A DNA stretch of 64,000 nt from the human T2T-CHM13v2.0 reference genome, Homo sapiens: the NCBI RefSeq assembly GCF_009914755.1, contig NC_060933.1. The stretch is one strand, 5' to 3'. Both the position numbers and the translations under genes were made by a program. Below the pieces are notes generated by a model. The model made no database searches and was not told where the DNA came from. It was given only the letters and a program-made list of their open reading frames with translations. Shown one piece after another: positions 34,279 to 57,600 of the stretch. How positions within the stretch are numbered: the first letter of the stretch is position 1; each line of letters opens with the position of its first letter.

Positions 34279-36384
34279 CTTACATGAAATCCCTTACTCC
34301 ACTAGGCCCTAAGTTGGTAAAATCAACACTCCATTGGAGCCACAAAGATGACAACATAATGGTATGGGGAAGTCCTACCTACACAGGACATCTGGCAGGG
34401 TCCGGGCTTCATGTCTGACATATCGTCAAGAGTTACATTGGCAATGAGACTAGTTTTCGTAAATTTATTCAGTTTGATCATTCAGCTGATTCAAAGATCA
34501 AAAGATCCTTTAGGGCTGTGTTTTCTGACCTTTTTAAGGCTGTGGTACATGGATTTGTTAGGCTAACTGAGACAAATAAATGAGTTTGTCTCTTCACTAT
34601 GCTGATAATACCTTGGCAAGTCATCAGTCAAGCTCTTTTTCTCACCCTTACCCCCAGATCTACACCCTGCTCCTACAATCTTATCTCTGTCTCCTTCTCC
34701 CTTCTAAAAGAAACCTGATGAAACAAAAAGAAGAAACCCAGAGATAATAATACACCCAAGATCATACTGATAGACCTACATGTGCCAAACATTGGTTGAG
34801 AAATAATGTCTTGTGATCCACAATAATCAGTACCAAAAATCCAAGTACTTCACGCGGTCTTAGGAAACAAATATGTGGGAAAGGCTGAGGCTTGGCTTAT
34901 TTAGTTAGCTTTTGTTTTAGAACTACATAAACAGAGAGTGTAAATAGTAACCTGATTAAAAATACGGACTTTAGGGTTAGTTTATCTGGGTTTGAATTCT
35001 GGTTCTGCTGCTTCCTGTTTATCTGACCTTTGGTAAGTGACTTAACTTCTTTGTGTCTCTATTTCTTCATCTACGTATCTGACCCAGAGAGTTGTTAGGA
35101 TAATTATGTGAATTAATATGTGCAAAAATTTAAAAATAGGGCCTATCACATTGTTAACAGCATATATGAGTTGGTAAAAGGATATATATATATGTTGCGT
35201 CTTAGGCATGGAGTAAAATTCATGTAAACAAAAAAACAGAGTGAATATTCACTTAGGCAGGCAGTCTGCTCCATGTAATCATTCAAGGATTCAGATAGAC
35301 AACGGCTCTGCCATCTTCAACATGTGGTCTTCAAATTTTCCCTGGAGGTCTCCATACAGTTAAATAGACTAGAAGGGCATACAGAATCTCAGTGGGAGAT
35401 TTTTATGCGCTAGATTTAGGAATGATGCGCATAATTTCCTTTCACATTCCATTAGTTAGAATTTAGTCACATGACCATAACCTAATCCCAAGGGAGACTG
35501 GAAAATGTAGGGTAGCTTCCCAGGAGGAAGAGGAGTATATAGATTTGATGGAAGACCTATCAGAATTGGTTATAACTGAGTATCTGGACAACACCATATT
35601 GGTACTGGTATCCTAGCAAGAAAAGTGTACATTGAATTGTAGTATCTATAGTGCCATTAGCCTTTCATGAAGTTATTTTAATAAAACAACTTTTTTGAAA
35701 CTAGTTATTAAATACGGTCTAAAAATAATGATGAGGAACTCTTTATTTCATTACCTAGTGTGCTTTCTAAAGAACACTAGGAAAAATTTCCCTTTGACCT
35801 TAATACAAACACACAAACACAAAATAGTTGTGTTTCCCCGAGTGAAAAGTTGCTTAGCTTTGCCCCTGCTCCCCAAATCTTGGAAATATTATTAATTGTT
35901 TAACTGTCCAAGCTTGGCTTAGAAAGCTTAGAATCAATTTTATTCTTTCACTCAACTAATTTACTGAGCATTTACTACATGTCAAACTTCAAGCTAGACA
36001 CTGAGGATTCAAGAGGGAACAAGACAGACATGGTTCTTGCCCTCATGGAATTCACATTCTAATAAGGGGTCAAGGAAGTGGATGTGTGGAAACATATAAC
36101 GAATAAACAAATGACTATATAAATGCAGCAATACCAATCAATAAGGGACCAAGCTAAATAATTGCCAAATTGGGAACCAATTTTAAATGGGATGGCTGGG
36201 ACAGGGGCTTCTTCAAAAAGGTTGAATTTAAACCGAGCCAGCCATACAAAAGGGCGTACCCCCAGCAGGAGGCACAATGTGCACAGGAGCTTTGATGAGA
36301 GATTGAGTTAAGGAGTTCAAGGGCTAGAAAGGAGGCCAGGGTGACTAGAGAGTGGAGAGCAGAGCAGGGAGGGGCACAAGATGA

Positions 36385-36773
<389 letters not shown>

Positions 36774-37076
36774 CAGTTGCAAGTTTTAAGTAGGGGGAAA
36801 TGATTGATCCAGCTTGTGTTATGAGATCATTTGGGCTGCAGTGTGGAGGAAGAACTAAAAGGACATGGAAGCAGGAGGACAGCCAGGTGATGGGTGTCGT
36901 AAGCCTGGGAAATGTGATGGTAATACAAGCATGTCAAGCCCGCAGATCCTGACAGTAAGCATGCCTTCCTGACTTGTGCCCGGGGAGAGGAGGCGACAGT
37001 GATTCTGACCTCTTCTTATTTCCCTCCCTTTCTAGCGCCACTTTCCTGAGCTTTTTTACTGTATGTTATGTATACC

Positions 37077-37108
37077 GTATGCTGTATGCTGTATGCTGTA
37101 TGCTGTAT
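37077..37108. repeat. (GTATGCT)n heptamer tandem repeat, about 4.5 units
   Basis: gtatgctgtatgctgtatgctgtatgctgtat. Confidence 0.85.
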
Positions 37109-40048
37109 CTAACAGCCCTTGTAAACAGCCTTAAATCCTTTCTAAACATCCTGGATAGTCCTAGAATCCTAGAATATGGATTCTTTCTTGGTTTCAAAAC
37201 TGATTTCATTATATTGCATGGAAAGAAGAAATGTCTTTATTGTAGAGTGTTGGTATTTCTGGGTAGGTTGATTCAAAGATTAAGTTGTGAGGGCAGTTGG
37301 GACTTTTAGAGAAAGTGGATCTAGAAAATCTAAATTGTTACTAAGAAATATTGATGAATGTAGGTCATGGAGCTCAGAAAGAAGTATCTCTTTGATATTT
37401 TTCCTAAACTATGTGAAAGGGAAGCAATGGGAAATTTCGTGAACGGAGTCAGGAAAGCCTCAAGTTGGGTGGCTAGGAAGGGTAGAGGAGTTGCTATTAG
37501 GGAACCGAGGAGTGAATGTGGAGATGGTGAAGTGAGACAGGAGGCTGCTTCCTCAAAAGTCAGGACAGTTATGAGAATGCTCTGGTTTGAATGTCAAGAT
37601 GTTACTGGAAATGAATAACTACAAATACACGCATGTTCATGCACACACACATACACAAACACATGAAGCTATTGAAAAGAATATGCAGCAAATGTGTTTT
37701 GTAAGTGAGCTAGTATCTAGTTGAAGTACCATGATCATCTTTAAAATCTCTTGCTAGAAGAGGAATGTTGACTGCCCAGTGTGGGTGTGGATAGGGAATG
37801 AATATCCTCGCTGTGGTATCCATAATTGAAATGCACTGTGCCTCATCTCCAGACCAGCCCTTACAGCAGTGCCAATCTCCTTCTTGTCCACTGCACAATA
37901 GCTCGCTGACTCTGCCTACTCTTTGGTCAGTTTCCCGGATATCCTTGTCTCTTCATTCTTAGTACATCACATCATTACTCAGGCCTCTTGCCTGGGCCCC
38001 TGGCAGCTTTAGGTACCTCATTCAGCGCAACTGTTTTCCTGTTTTCTTGAGCAGTGAGGTCATAATTTCATGACCTTGGATACACATTGCGTGAAGTAAA
38101 ATGTTTATTAAGTCAGATGAATTAATAACATTTTCAGGAAGTTCATAATTGATGGAGACAAATTACATATGTACCATACATCAACACACACACACACAGA
38201 ATGTGCACACTCAGGAGAGATTAATAGTGTGTATGTTTATTAGATATAAAGCAGCTGTAGCCTATGAAGAAAGGACAGAAGAAACAGCGAGGTACAGGAA
38301 CTAGAGTCGACAAAGAAGAAAAGCAAAGATGCCCACATACATCCTACTTTTAATGCAAAGCTTGTCTCTGCTGGATAACATCACAAATCCCCCAACTAAA
38401 ATCACCAATTGTTCTGTCCCTAAAGATATCTTTCTAGTTCTCAATCCCAGGCCAGGTGGGGCTCTATTTAACTCTCTTTTATTTAATCCACTTTTGATCA
38501 CTCTTAGGAAGTTTCACTTTACTCAACAAGCTCAAGATTGATCACCCTTGACTTTATCTGTTTATCTTAGGAGTGTTTGGTTGAAGACAGAACCACAGAT
38601 GCCCATTATTACTAGTATTATCATAACAATAAAGAGGAGCAATAGTAAATAAAGGAAACCCAGAGCCAGATTATCGGGACTTAAATCTGTTTTCCCACTT
38701 TTGTGATGTTTGACCTTCAGCAAATTATCTACCTTCTCTATGCCTCCGTTTCCCTATTCATAAAATGGAAACAATGAAAGTACCTACCTCGTAGGGTTTT
38801 TGTGAGAGTTAAATGGGTTCATACACATAAAGTACTTGGATCTGCCCTGGCAATATTTAGACCTCTGTGAATAGTAACCTGTATTACTGCGTTTCAGTTA
38901 GGAATGACTAAATGTTGCGGCAAACTGCACATTCTGTTGACCCTTCCTGGTCACTGCTCACCCATCCGAAGCCTGTGTAATACAATATTCAACTCTGAAA
39001 CTGCATCTAAGGTGGCCAGGAAGGAAAGCTGGAGGGAAATGTGTAGACCAGCTGACCTCTATTTTAGGTTGAAGGTCCAGGCATTTCCTCCCCTTTCTCT
39101 ACCTGTGAGAGGAGCCAACCAGAGCTGGCCAAGCCATGATGCAGCCCCTCGTGTGGCCATTTCCTTCCCAGCCTCTATTCATCTTTTACCACTCTCTAGC
39201 AGCAGAAGCTGGTGGGTTGTGGTTACCACTCTTGTTTGTTGCCCCACATCCCAGCTTCATTTTCTCAGGATCACTGCCAGGCAATAAGGAAAGTTTGGGG
39301 CCTGAAAAAATCTGCCCCAGGCCTGTGTAGAGCAAAATACCCTTGGACATTATACCCGCAGAAGGTTCCTCAAAATTATGTGACATTTTTCAGCTGATCG
39401 AACTTCCCTAACCTGACTTCCTGGAAAAGCCAAGAATTCAGAGAAAATGTAGGGCACTGACGAACCAATGAAGAGGTCAGTAAATTCTCCCGGAGTCCCC
39501 ACTCAGGTCTGAAAAATGTTGTGTGAAACCTGTGGGTAGGGATAGCCTCCAAATATTTGCCCTCCCACAACTGTCCATAGGCCTAGTTGCCCTGCCATAG
39601 CTAGGTCCCAAATTGTTGCAAAAGCCATAAAGCCATATCCATGTAGATTCTGCCAAACCAGCTAACTGGCCAATCTGTTTTCCCACAACATGAGTTACCT
39701 TACTGGGATGTGCGTCTTCAGGTATATGCACTTGGATCCAGTTACAGCAAGTTACCCCAAGGAAATAATCAGACAAGGGCATAGAGCTGATTGTGAAGGG
39801 TCATTCATGGTGCCCATGGTTTTGTAATATCAACACTTACAAATTAGAAGCAACCTAAATTGCCATCACTAGGGGATGGCTTAAACAAACTATGGCATAC
39901 CCATACAATAAAATATTTATCAGTCTTTATAAATAATCATGGGGTCTGTAATTACCAACATGGAAAAATGCCCATGATACCCTTGAAAAGTGATAAAACA
40001 GTTCACGGAATTACATTCTGATATAATGGTACTTATTAAAATTGCATT

Positions 40049-40099
40049 CTCCAGCCTGGGCGACAGAGCGAGACTCCGTCTCAAAAAAAAAAAAAAAAA
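40049..40099 (+). mobile_element. Severely 5'-truncated young Alu (AluY-like 3' end)
   Basis: ctccagcctgggcgacagagcgagactccgtctc + poly-A with all CpGs intact; TSD aaaattgcatt. Confidence 0.85.
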
Positions 40100-40109
40100 T
40101 TGCATTCAT

Positions 40110-40334
40110 CAATGAGAACACTTGGACACAGGAAGGGGGACATCACACACTGGGGCCTGTCGTGGGGTGGGGGGAGGGGGGAGGGGTAGCATTAGGAGAT
40201 ATACCTAATGTAAATGACGAGTTAATGGGTGCAGCACACCTACATGGCACATGTATACATACGTAACAAACCTGCACGTTGTGCACATGCACCCTGGAAC
40301 TTAAAGTATAATAATAATAATTAATTAATTAATT
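40110..40334 (+). mobile_element. 5'-truncated L1PA (3'UTR only)
   Basis: caatgagaacacttggacacagg...cttaaagtataataat; TSD aaattgcattcat at 40097-40109 and 40335-40347. Confidence 0.9.
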
Positions 40335-41740
40335 AAATTGCATTCATATGAATGGTACCTATTAAAATTGCATTGATATGCAATTTTAATAAGTACCATT
40401 ATATCAGAATGTGTCCAGGGATCTACAGAAAATTATGTTCACAAAAATACTGACAGCAATTATCTCTGTGGTTGAGTATTTGGGTAATATTTACTGTTAT
40501 TTTTTACTTTTTTTTGGTATTTAGAAAACACTTAGCAATGATACAATGTGCTATCTGAAAAAAACTAAACTTTTTAAAATATAAGTTTGAGGGGAAAATG
40601 AACTAAGTTAGTAATGTTTTGGGAATAAGATCATGGGTTGGCCACACCAAGCAGGTAATGGCACAAGGATAAGATAATTAACATTTATTAAGCACTTATT
40701 ACATGCCAGCAGGCCCTGTTCTAAGCACTTTCCGTGTATCAACTCATTTCATTTGCACAACTCCACAAAGCAAGTCTTTTATGGTGCCCATTTTACAGAT
40801 AATGAAATGAAACAGGCACCAAGAGAGGAAGCCGTTTGTTTGAAGTCTTACGGCTGGCAGGAGGTGAAACAGAGATTTAGACAGAGGTCTGCTTCCAAAA
40901 TCTCTGAGCGTGACCCCTGTGCTCCCCTGCATAGGGCTGGCTTTCCTGCAGGGGAGGAGGGAAGGTGCTGAGGTCAGAGGAGGAGAGAGGAATGATGGAG
41001 GGAGTGGAGAGGGCAGAGGTGGCTGCTGACGATGGGGAACAAGACACTGTCCTCTTCCCCCTGCAGTTCCTGAAGGATCTTCATTCTCCCACTGGCCACC
41101 TGTTTACCTAACCCCTCTAAAGCCTCAGTTTCCTCTTTTGTAAAGTGAGGGAGCCTTCTCAGGCCATTCACCTTAATTAGTTCCTCTCTATGCCATATAA
41201 AGTCCTAGAAGCCAGTTCTGCTGTGGCACATATGCAGCCACCACCATCATCACCAGCATCCCACTTCCGGCTGAGAGACGCAGGCCCCGGTGTCTCCCAG
41301 TGTGCAAGTTGTCAGAGCAGGCTGGAAGAGAATTGGGCATTCTCTGTCTCTGCTGTAGAATGACCACCCTGAAGGATAATTCTGCTCACTTGTTATTCTC
41401 CTCACTGGACAGGAGACCCTGGAAGCAGAGACAATATCTGATGCACCTCTGCATTCCCACTACCTGGAACATAAAGTCGTTCAATAAATAAACATCCTCT
41501 GTTGAATGAATAACTGGAAAGTACAGCCATGTGGCCTTATGATTCCAGAGTAACAAGTAGGAAAAGCAACACTTGCATATTAATTTCTTTATTTTTTGTT
41601 TCTGTTTTCTACCTTATCTGGCACAGAGTTCAGAGTAGGTACAGTCATTAAAGAAGTCACTGATTTTTAACATGCCACTTAAGCAAAAGGAGCAAGAAGG
41701 CCCTATTTATGTTGATCAACTAATTCAAGAAATTCTGGGC

Positions 41741-42092
<352 letters not shown>

Positions 42093-42764
42093 TAAATTAT
42101 AAAATGTAATTTACAAAACTCTGTTCAGACATTTTATCACCAAGGCAGAGAGTGGTCAAATCACAGAGCTAGTAAGGAGTAGAACCAAATCCAGCTTCTC
42201 TGCCCTTGGTGTCAACTGCTTTTTCTACTTTCCACATAGCTCCACCCCTCCAGCCAGTCACAATGGTTTCTAAAAGTGGACCTGCCTTTGCAGTTATTCA
42301 TTCAACAGAGGATGTTTATTTATTGAGCAACTTTATGTTTCAGGTAGTGGGAATGCAGAGGTGCACCAGATATTGTCTCTGCTTCCAGGGTCTCCTGTCC
42401 AGTGAGGAGAACAACAAGTGAGCAGAATTATCCCTCAAGGTGGTCTTTCTAAGCAGAGACCTGCCTTAATTCTGTTGCCTTAGGTGAGATCAACTTACTT
42501 CTGCATGCTTCCATTTCTCCTCCCCCTTGGTAGATTGAGAATCATGGTATCAGCTCTTCTTAGTGAAAGAAAATCTAAGAAACATAGACAGGTGTCCACA
42601 TCTTGAAGTAGCTGAAGTTTGTCTTTGGGTTCTCAGCTTCCTTTTCTCCCTCTTGCTTACTTCCCTTCAAGGATTGCTGCCATCAGTGTCATCAAACCCA
42701 GGGATTCCCTAATGCTAATCCACCAATTAGAGCACGGCTGGTTACTACAGAACCACTGATGAGT

Positions 42765-42897
42765 TTCAAAAAATGCAGACTTCTGGACCCCACCCTTGGA
42801 GATTTTGAATCAGGAGGTCTTAGGTAGTGCCCAGGCACCTCTATGTTTCAGGTTCCCCAGGGGATTCTAACCTGCAGCCATATTGGGGAACCACTGA
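42765..42897. mobile_element. MER5-like hAT fragment
   Basis: aaaaatgcagacttctggaccccaccc...gattctaacctgcagcca...gaaccactg. Confidence 0.6.
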
Positions 42898-43695
42898 CCT
42901 AACACGAAAACATGAGTCAGCTGTCTCAACTGTATTGAAAGTGATGAATCATCATTTCACTTTAAAAAGAAAAAAATATGAGCTGAAACCAAAGTCATTG
43001 TGAGAACCTTTCATTTCCTTTACCTGAGTTTGAATTCAGGTTTCCTTTACTTGAGTTTGAGTTTAGAAGTCTTCTATACTTGGTCCAAGCATTTTTACGG
43101 AGATTCCCAAGGTCTTAAGGCAAACAGACTTAAGACCTGTCCTCAGTTTAGTCCTGGGAACATGCTGTAACCCTGATCAGCCCTGGCTAGGGGGACCCTG
43201 GGAAACTGGCTGGCTCTGGAGATCCTTCAGGCCAGAGTTGCTGGGAACCACACCGGGTTCATCTTACACCATGCCTAGGTGCTGGGGTCCAATAGTCTTG
43301 TCTCCTCTGGCTTCCCAGAGCCAGAACTAGGAAGACGAGAAGGCTTTGGGATATGGCTGGCTTCCAGAGACTGAATCAGCAACTCATATTCTCAAGACCG
43401 AGGTGGGTAGGCCTGACACAGAAGGGTCAGGAGGCTGCTAGAATCTATGACAGGGCAGGAACAGCGCTGAGGCAGCAGAAACTGAGAAAGCAGAAGTCAC
43501 CAGAAAGAGAAAAGAAGTTCAAAGTAGAGGGAAAGACTGAGGAAATAAGCAGGGTGAGTCGAACAGATGAGATGTGCAGAGAGAAGCAGATATGAGCTGA
43601 GGGAGAGAGACTCAATGAACCACGAGAGGTGGGCAAAGAAAGCAGCCAGTCCTGAGGTTACCTTGTTTCTGACAGTTTGGGTCCTGCCCATCCTT

Positions 43696-45070
43696 TCTTT
43701 TTTTTTTTTTTTTTTAAGTGATTGATTGTTGGTTGTTTTTTTTTATTATTATTATACTTTAAGCTCTAGGGTACATGTGCACAACGTGCAGGTTTGTTAC
43801 ATATGTATACATGTGCCATATTGGTGTGCTGCACCCATTAACTCATCATTAAACATTAGGTATATCTCCTCATGCTATCCCTCCCCCCTGTCCCCACCCC
43901 ACAACAGGCCCCAGTGTGTGATGTTCCCCTTCATGTGTCCATGTGTTCTCATTGTTCAGTTCCCACCTATGAGCGAGAACATGCAGTGTTTGGTTTTTTG
44001 TCCTTGCAATAGTTTGCTGAGAATTATGGTTTCCAGCTTCATCCATGTCCCTACAAAGGACATGCACTCATCCTTTTTTATGGCTGCATAGTAGTCCATG
44101 GTGTATATGTGCCACATTTTCTTAATCTAGTCTATCATTGTTGGACATTTGGGTTGGTTCCAAGTCTTTGCTATTGTAAATAGTGCCATGATAAACGTAC
44201 GTGTGCATGTGTCTTTATAGTAGCAAGATTTATAATCCTTTGGGTATATACCCAGTAATGGGATGGCTGGGTCAAATGGTATTTCTAGTTCTAGATCCTT
44301 AAGGAATAACCACACTGCCTTCCACAATGCTTGAACTAGTTTACAGTCCCAACAAAAGTGTAAAAGTGTTCCTATTTCTCCACATCCTCTCCAGCACCTG
44401 TTGTTTCCTGACTTTTTAATGATCGCCATTCTAACTGGTGTGAGATGATATCTCATTATGGTTTTGATTTGAATTTCTCTGATGGCCAGTGATGATGAGC
44501 ATTTTTTCATGTGTCTTTTGGCTGCATAAATGTCTTCTTTTAAGAAGTGTCTGTTCATATCCTTCACCCACTTTTTGATGGGGTTGTTTTTTTCTTGTAA
44601 ATTTGTTTGAGTTCATTGTAGATTCTGGATATTAGCCATTTGTCAGATGGGTAGATTGCAAAAATGTTCTCCCATTCTGTAGCTTGCCTGTTCACTCTGA
44701 TGGTAGTTTCTTTTGCTGTGCAGAAGCTCTTTAGTTTTATTAGATCCCATTTGTCAATTTTGGCTTCTGTTGCCATTGCGTTTGGTGTTTTAGACATGAA
44801 GTCCTTGCCCATGCCTATGTCCTGAATGGTATTGCCTAGGTTTTCTTCTAGGGTTTTTATGGTTTTAGGTCTAACATTTAAGTCTTTCATCCATCTTGAA
44901 TTAATTTTTGTAAAAGGTGTAAGGAAGGGATCCAGTTTCAGCCTTCTACATATGGCTAGCCAGTTTTCCCAGCACCATTTATTAAATAGGGAATCCTTTC
45001 CCCATTTCTTGTTCTTGTCAGGTTTGTCAAAGATCAGATAGTTGTAGATAGGCTGCATTATTTCTGAGGG
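43696..45070 (-). mobile_element. 5'-truncated L1PA (~1.35 kb) with double poly-A tail
   Basis: ORF2 C-terminal fragments (ORFs 44564..45058 and 44127..44567); 12-bp TSD CTGCCCATCCTT at 43684-43695 and 45071-45082. Confidence 0.95.
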
Positions 45071-45312
45071 CTGCCCATCCTTATATCACCAATTCAATTG
45101 AGGAGACTCGACCAAATGTTTTATTTTTCTAATAACTGTTGCCAGTAGTATTCTGGGAAATCCTTCTAGCCTGTTGGGCAGTGAGTGACCCTCATCATAT
45201 ATCAGTGCAATTTCATGATTTGTAGATCACTTATTATGACTCAGTCTAGTCCCATGTTTTCTAATAGCTTTTGAGATCTAATTCATATACCATGCAATTC
45301 ACTCATTTAGAG

Positions 45313-45658
45313 CAGGGGTTCCCAAACCCTGGACTGTGAACCAGTACCCATCCATGGCCTGTTAGGAACTGGGCTGCACAGCAGGAGGTGAGCACCCAGC
45401 AAATGAGCATTACCACCTGAGCTCTACCTCCTGTCAGATCAGTGGCAGCATTAGATTCTCATAGCAGTGCAAATCCTGTTGTAAACTGAGCATGCAATGG
45501 ATCTACGTTGCTTTTCTTATGAGAATCTAACTAATGCCTGATGATGTGAGGTGGAACAGTTTCATCCCAAAACCATTTCCACCACCCTTCCCACAATGCA
45601 CGGAAAAATTGTCTACGACGAAACTGGTCCCTGGTGCCAAAAAGGTTGGGGATTGCTG
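45313..45658. mobile_element. MER1B-like hAT MITE nested in an L1MB-like fragment (~45265-46180)
   Basis: caggggttcccaa...ttggggattgctg termini; 8-bp TSD ATTTAGAG at 45305-45312 and 45659-45666. Confidence 0.88.
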
Positions 45659-46884
45659 ATTTAGAGCATACCTTTCAGTGGTTTTTAGTATATGCACAGA
45701 GTTCTGCAACCAACAATATAATTAATTTTGAAATATTTTCATCATCCCAAAATGAAATCCCATCCCTCTAGCAGTCACCCCCTAGTTCCCCTCATTCCTC
45801 CCAGTCTTAAGTAATTATTTCCTGTCTCTATGGATTTGCCTATTCTGGACATTTCGTCTAAATGGAATCATACAATATATACAATCTTTTGTGACAGGCT
45901 TCTTTCACATAGCATAATGTTTTCAAGGTTCACACACACTGTATCACGTATCAGGACTGCATTCATTTCTAAAGCTGAGATATATTCCATTGTATGGACA
46001 TACTGTTTTTTATTGTCTCATTCATCAGTCTCTGGACATCTGGTTTGTTTCCAATTTTTTGATACTAAGAATAATGCTTCTATGAACATTCATGCAGACA
46101 TTTTTGTGTGTACATTTCATTTCTTTTGAAATATACCTAGGAGTAGAACACTGGGTCGCTATGTTTAACATTTTGAGGAAGTGACAGAGTTCATCTCATT
46201 TAAAATTCCAATCCCATATTTTACAAATATGAGATATTTTACAAATATCTCTCCTCCCAGAATAGGTGAAACTTATGACCCTGCAATCTTCAAGTTGGGC
46301 AGAGAAATGGCTCAGGTCTCAGGCGGTTGCAGTCTAAGGGTAGTGGCCTGTGATAATGGCTGGGGCCTCCCATGCCTTTGGCTTCCTTCTCTTCTGCATC
46401 ACACGAAGCCATAGTAACTGTTGGGGTTTTTGGTCATCCTTGAGGACTCAGGAGCCTGGGATGTGAATGATATCCCCATTTTCTTCATTCCTGAAAATAA
46501 GTCTACAGCCCTTTTCACTCCCCGGGTGTGGGACACCCAGTGAACCTCCCATTTTCAGAAACTTCAGGCAAGAAGCAGGTATTAATCTCTATACAAGGCA
46601 CTCTCAAACTTTGGAGATATGCGTTTAGCACCCCTTTTCTCTCCCCAAGAATGAGAGGAGACTCAGATAATATACATCCACTCTAGGCTCTCGGAACCTT
46701 CTCCCTGTCTCTTAGTCTCCTTCTTACTTGTCTTTGTTCAAGGCCAGTGGGCCAGTTTAATTTCTCTCCTCCTCCTCTCTTCTCTCCTCTCATTTCCTGC
46801 CCCCAACCCTGCACTTGAAAGACTCATTGAAGGAATTAGGCCTGACTTTATTTTTTTTACCATATTAACAAAACGATATTTCTT

Positions 46885-47290
46885 TTTGAAAAATTTATTT
46901 TTATTATTTTTAAAGACAGAGTCTTGCTCTGTCACCCTGGCTGGAGTGCAGTGGTGGAATCATAGTTCACTGCAACCTCAAACTCCTGGACTAAAATGAT
47001 CCTCCCTCCTCAGCCTTTCAAGTAGCTGGGACTATAGGTGTGTGCCACCACTCCTGGCTTTTTAATTATTTTTTTAATTGACACATAAATAATTATATAG
47101 ATTTATGGAGTAGAGTGTGCTATTTCGACACATGTCTAAGATGTATTATAATTAAATCATAGTAATTAGCATATCCATCATCTGAAACTTTTATTTCTTT
47201 GTGTTGGAAACACTCAAAATCCTCTCTTCTAGCTATTTGAAAATATAGAATACATTGTTGTTAACTGTAGTCACCCTACAGTGCTATAGA
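46885..47290 (-). mobile_element. Alu right arm (AluJ/FRAM-like) followed by an L1MA 3' fragment
   Basis: agacagagtcttgctctgtc...gccaccactcctggc, then aattgacacataa...gttaactgtagtcaccctacagtgctataga. Confidence 0.75.
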
Positions 47291-47675
47291 GGCCTTACTT
47301 AAATTTGACCTTTGTGAGTTCAGTAACTTTTCCTCAACAAGAAGCCATCTACCCAGTTATTTCTTCACTATTCAGTAACATGGGGCAGAAAAAAATACTT
47401 AATCAGTGCCCCACATCAATCTGTTACACTTATAATAAATCTCTTTTTATTTTGAAAAGTTCTTTTCTGTGAATGAGCCAAACCTAGACCTCTCTCCTTC
47501 TAAGAACAAACAAGTATTTCAGTTGCTCCGGCCAGAACTTCAATTCACACCTTTCCTTCTCTTACTTTGAGACCAGGCCTTTCTTAGCACATAGAGACCA
47601 GGTGGGACTGCAAGCCAAGTGTGGACTTTGAGGATGATGACCAGTGACTCACCTCCAGCCCCTGGCTGACCATGA

Positions 47676-48084
<409 letters not shown>

Positions 48085-48429
48085 CCCTCTCCCCATTTTC
48101 AAGAGATTAAGCTGGTCTTCACCTGCTTCCTTCACATTCCAGATAAACTCACAGCAGATCCCTGCTTCCTGACTTTGGAAACGTTGCTAAAGCAGGTTCT
48201 AGATAAACTGCTGCCTCCTCATTTCTCACACCTTCCTTAGCTCTTGCTCTTTGCCTGTTTTCCCAAAATTCAAGTGCATTTCTTTCTCATCCTCAAGCTG
48301 TATTTTTTTCCCTTATAAAACCAAGCAGAGTGGGAAATACTGGACTTATTTTTTTGGACCTGAAAGCATTAACATTGATTTAGCACCTGCTGTATGACAA
48401 GCACTGTTCTAGGTGATTTACATGAATAT

Positions 48430-48536
48430 TTACATCATGTCACATTACAATATATTACATTACATCGCATCACATCACATACATTGTATTGCATCATATT
48501 ATATTACATTGAACTACATTTGCATTACACTGCATT
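48430..48536. repeat. Degenerate (TACAT/CACAT/TGCAT)n pentamer repeat
   Basis: tacattacatcgcatcacatcacatacattgtattgcat... Confidence 0.7.
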
Positions 48537-48978
48537 TGGAGGAAAATATCTTGGGAGGAAAGGACAGAAATGGTTGTAGCATTTCTTACCTACTCTGCCC
48601 TACATTCACAGGGTGATCTTGGTTAAGCTCTGTAATCTCTCTTTGTATTAACTTTCCCTTCTATAAGATAGGAGGGGCCTCATAGATTGGCTGGTGACAT
48701 AATTATTAAACTCATTATATTCTTATTATAGTCTAATAGTTTATGACCAAAATTCTAATTTTCTATTTCCAAGTGACAATGCAATGTTGAAGGGGGTGCC
48801 TAATTCTACACACAGACACACACACACAATTTAGCTATGCCTCTCAGGAATCTTCTATTAAAAAGAGAACAAAGCTAAATTAAATAAATTGCCAGCCAGG
48901 CATGGTGGCTGACACCCGTAATCCCAACAATTTGGGAGGCTGAGGTGGATGGATCACTTGAGCTCAGGAGTACAAGAC

Positions 48979-50424
<1,446 letters not shown>

Positions 50425-50579
50425 TTAAATGTTTTCTTCTTGTTATTTTTCAGTAATCTAACTATACTCTCCATTATTGCTTTTAAAAAATTATTTCTGT
50501 CTTTACAAAAGTAATTTGTGCTCATGGCAGACTATTTAAAAAACAAAATGAAGCCAAAGAAAGAAAATAAAAATTAACT

Positions 50580-57600
<7,021 letters not shown>

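Noticed and set aside
40013-40412. MADE1/mariner MITE explanation for the inverted repeat
   Set aside because: The arms do not resemble mariner terminal repeats and no TA duplication flanks both arms; kept instead as a template-switch finding.
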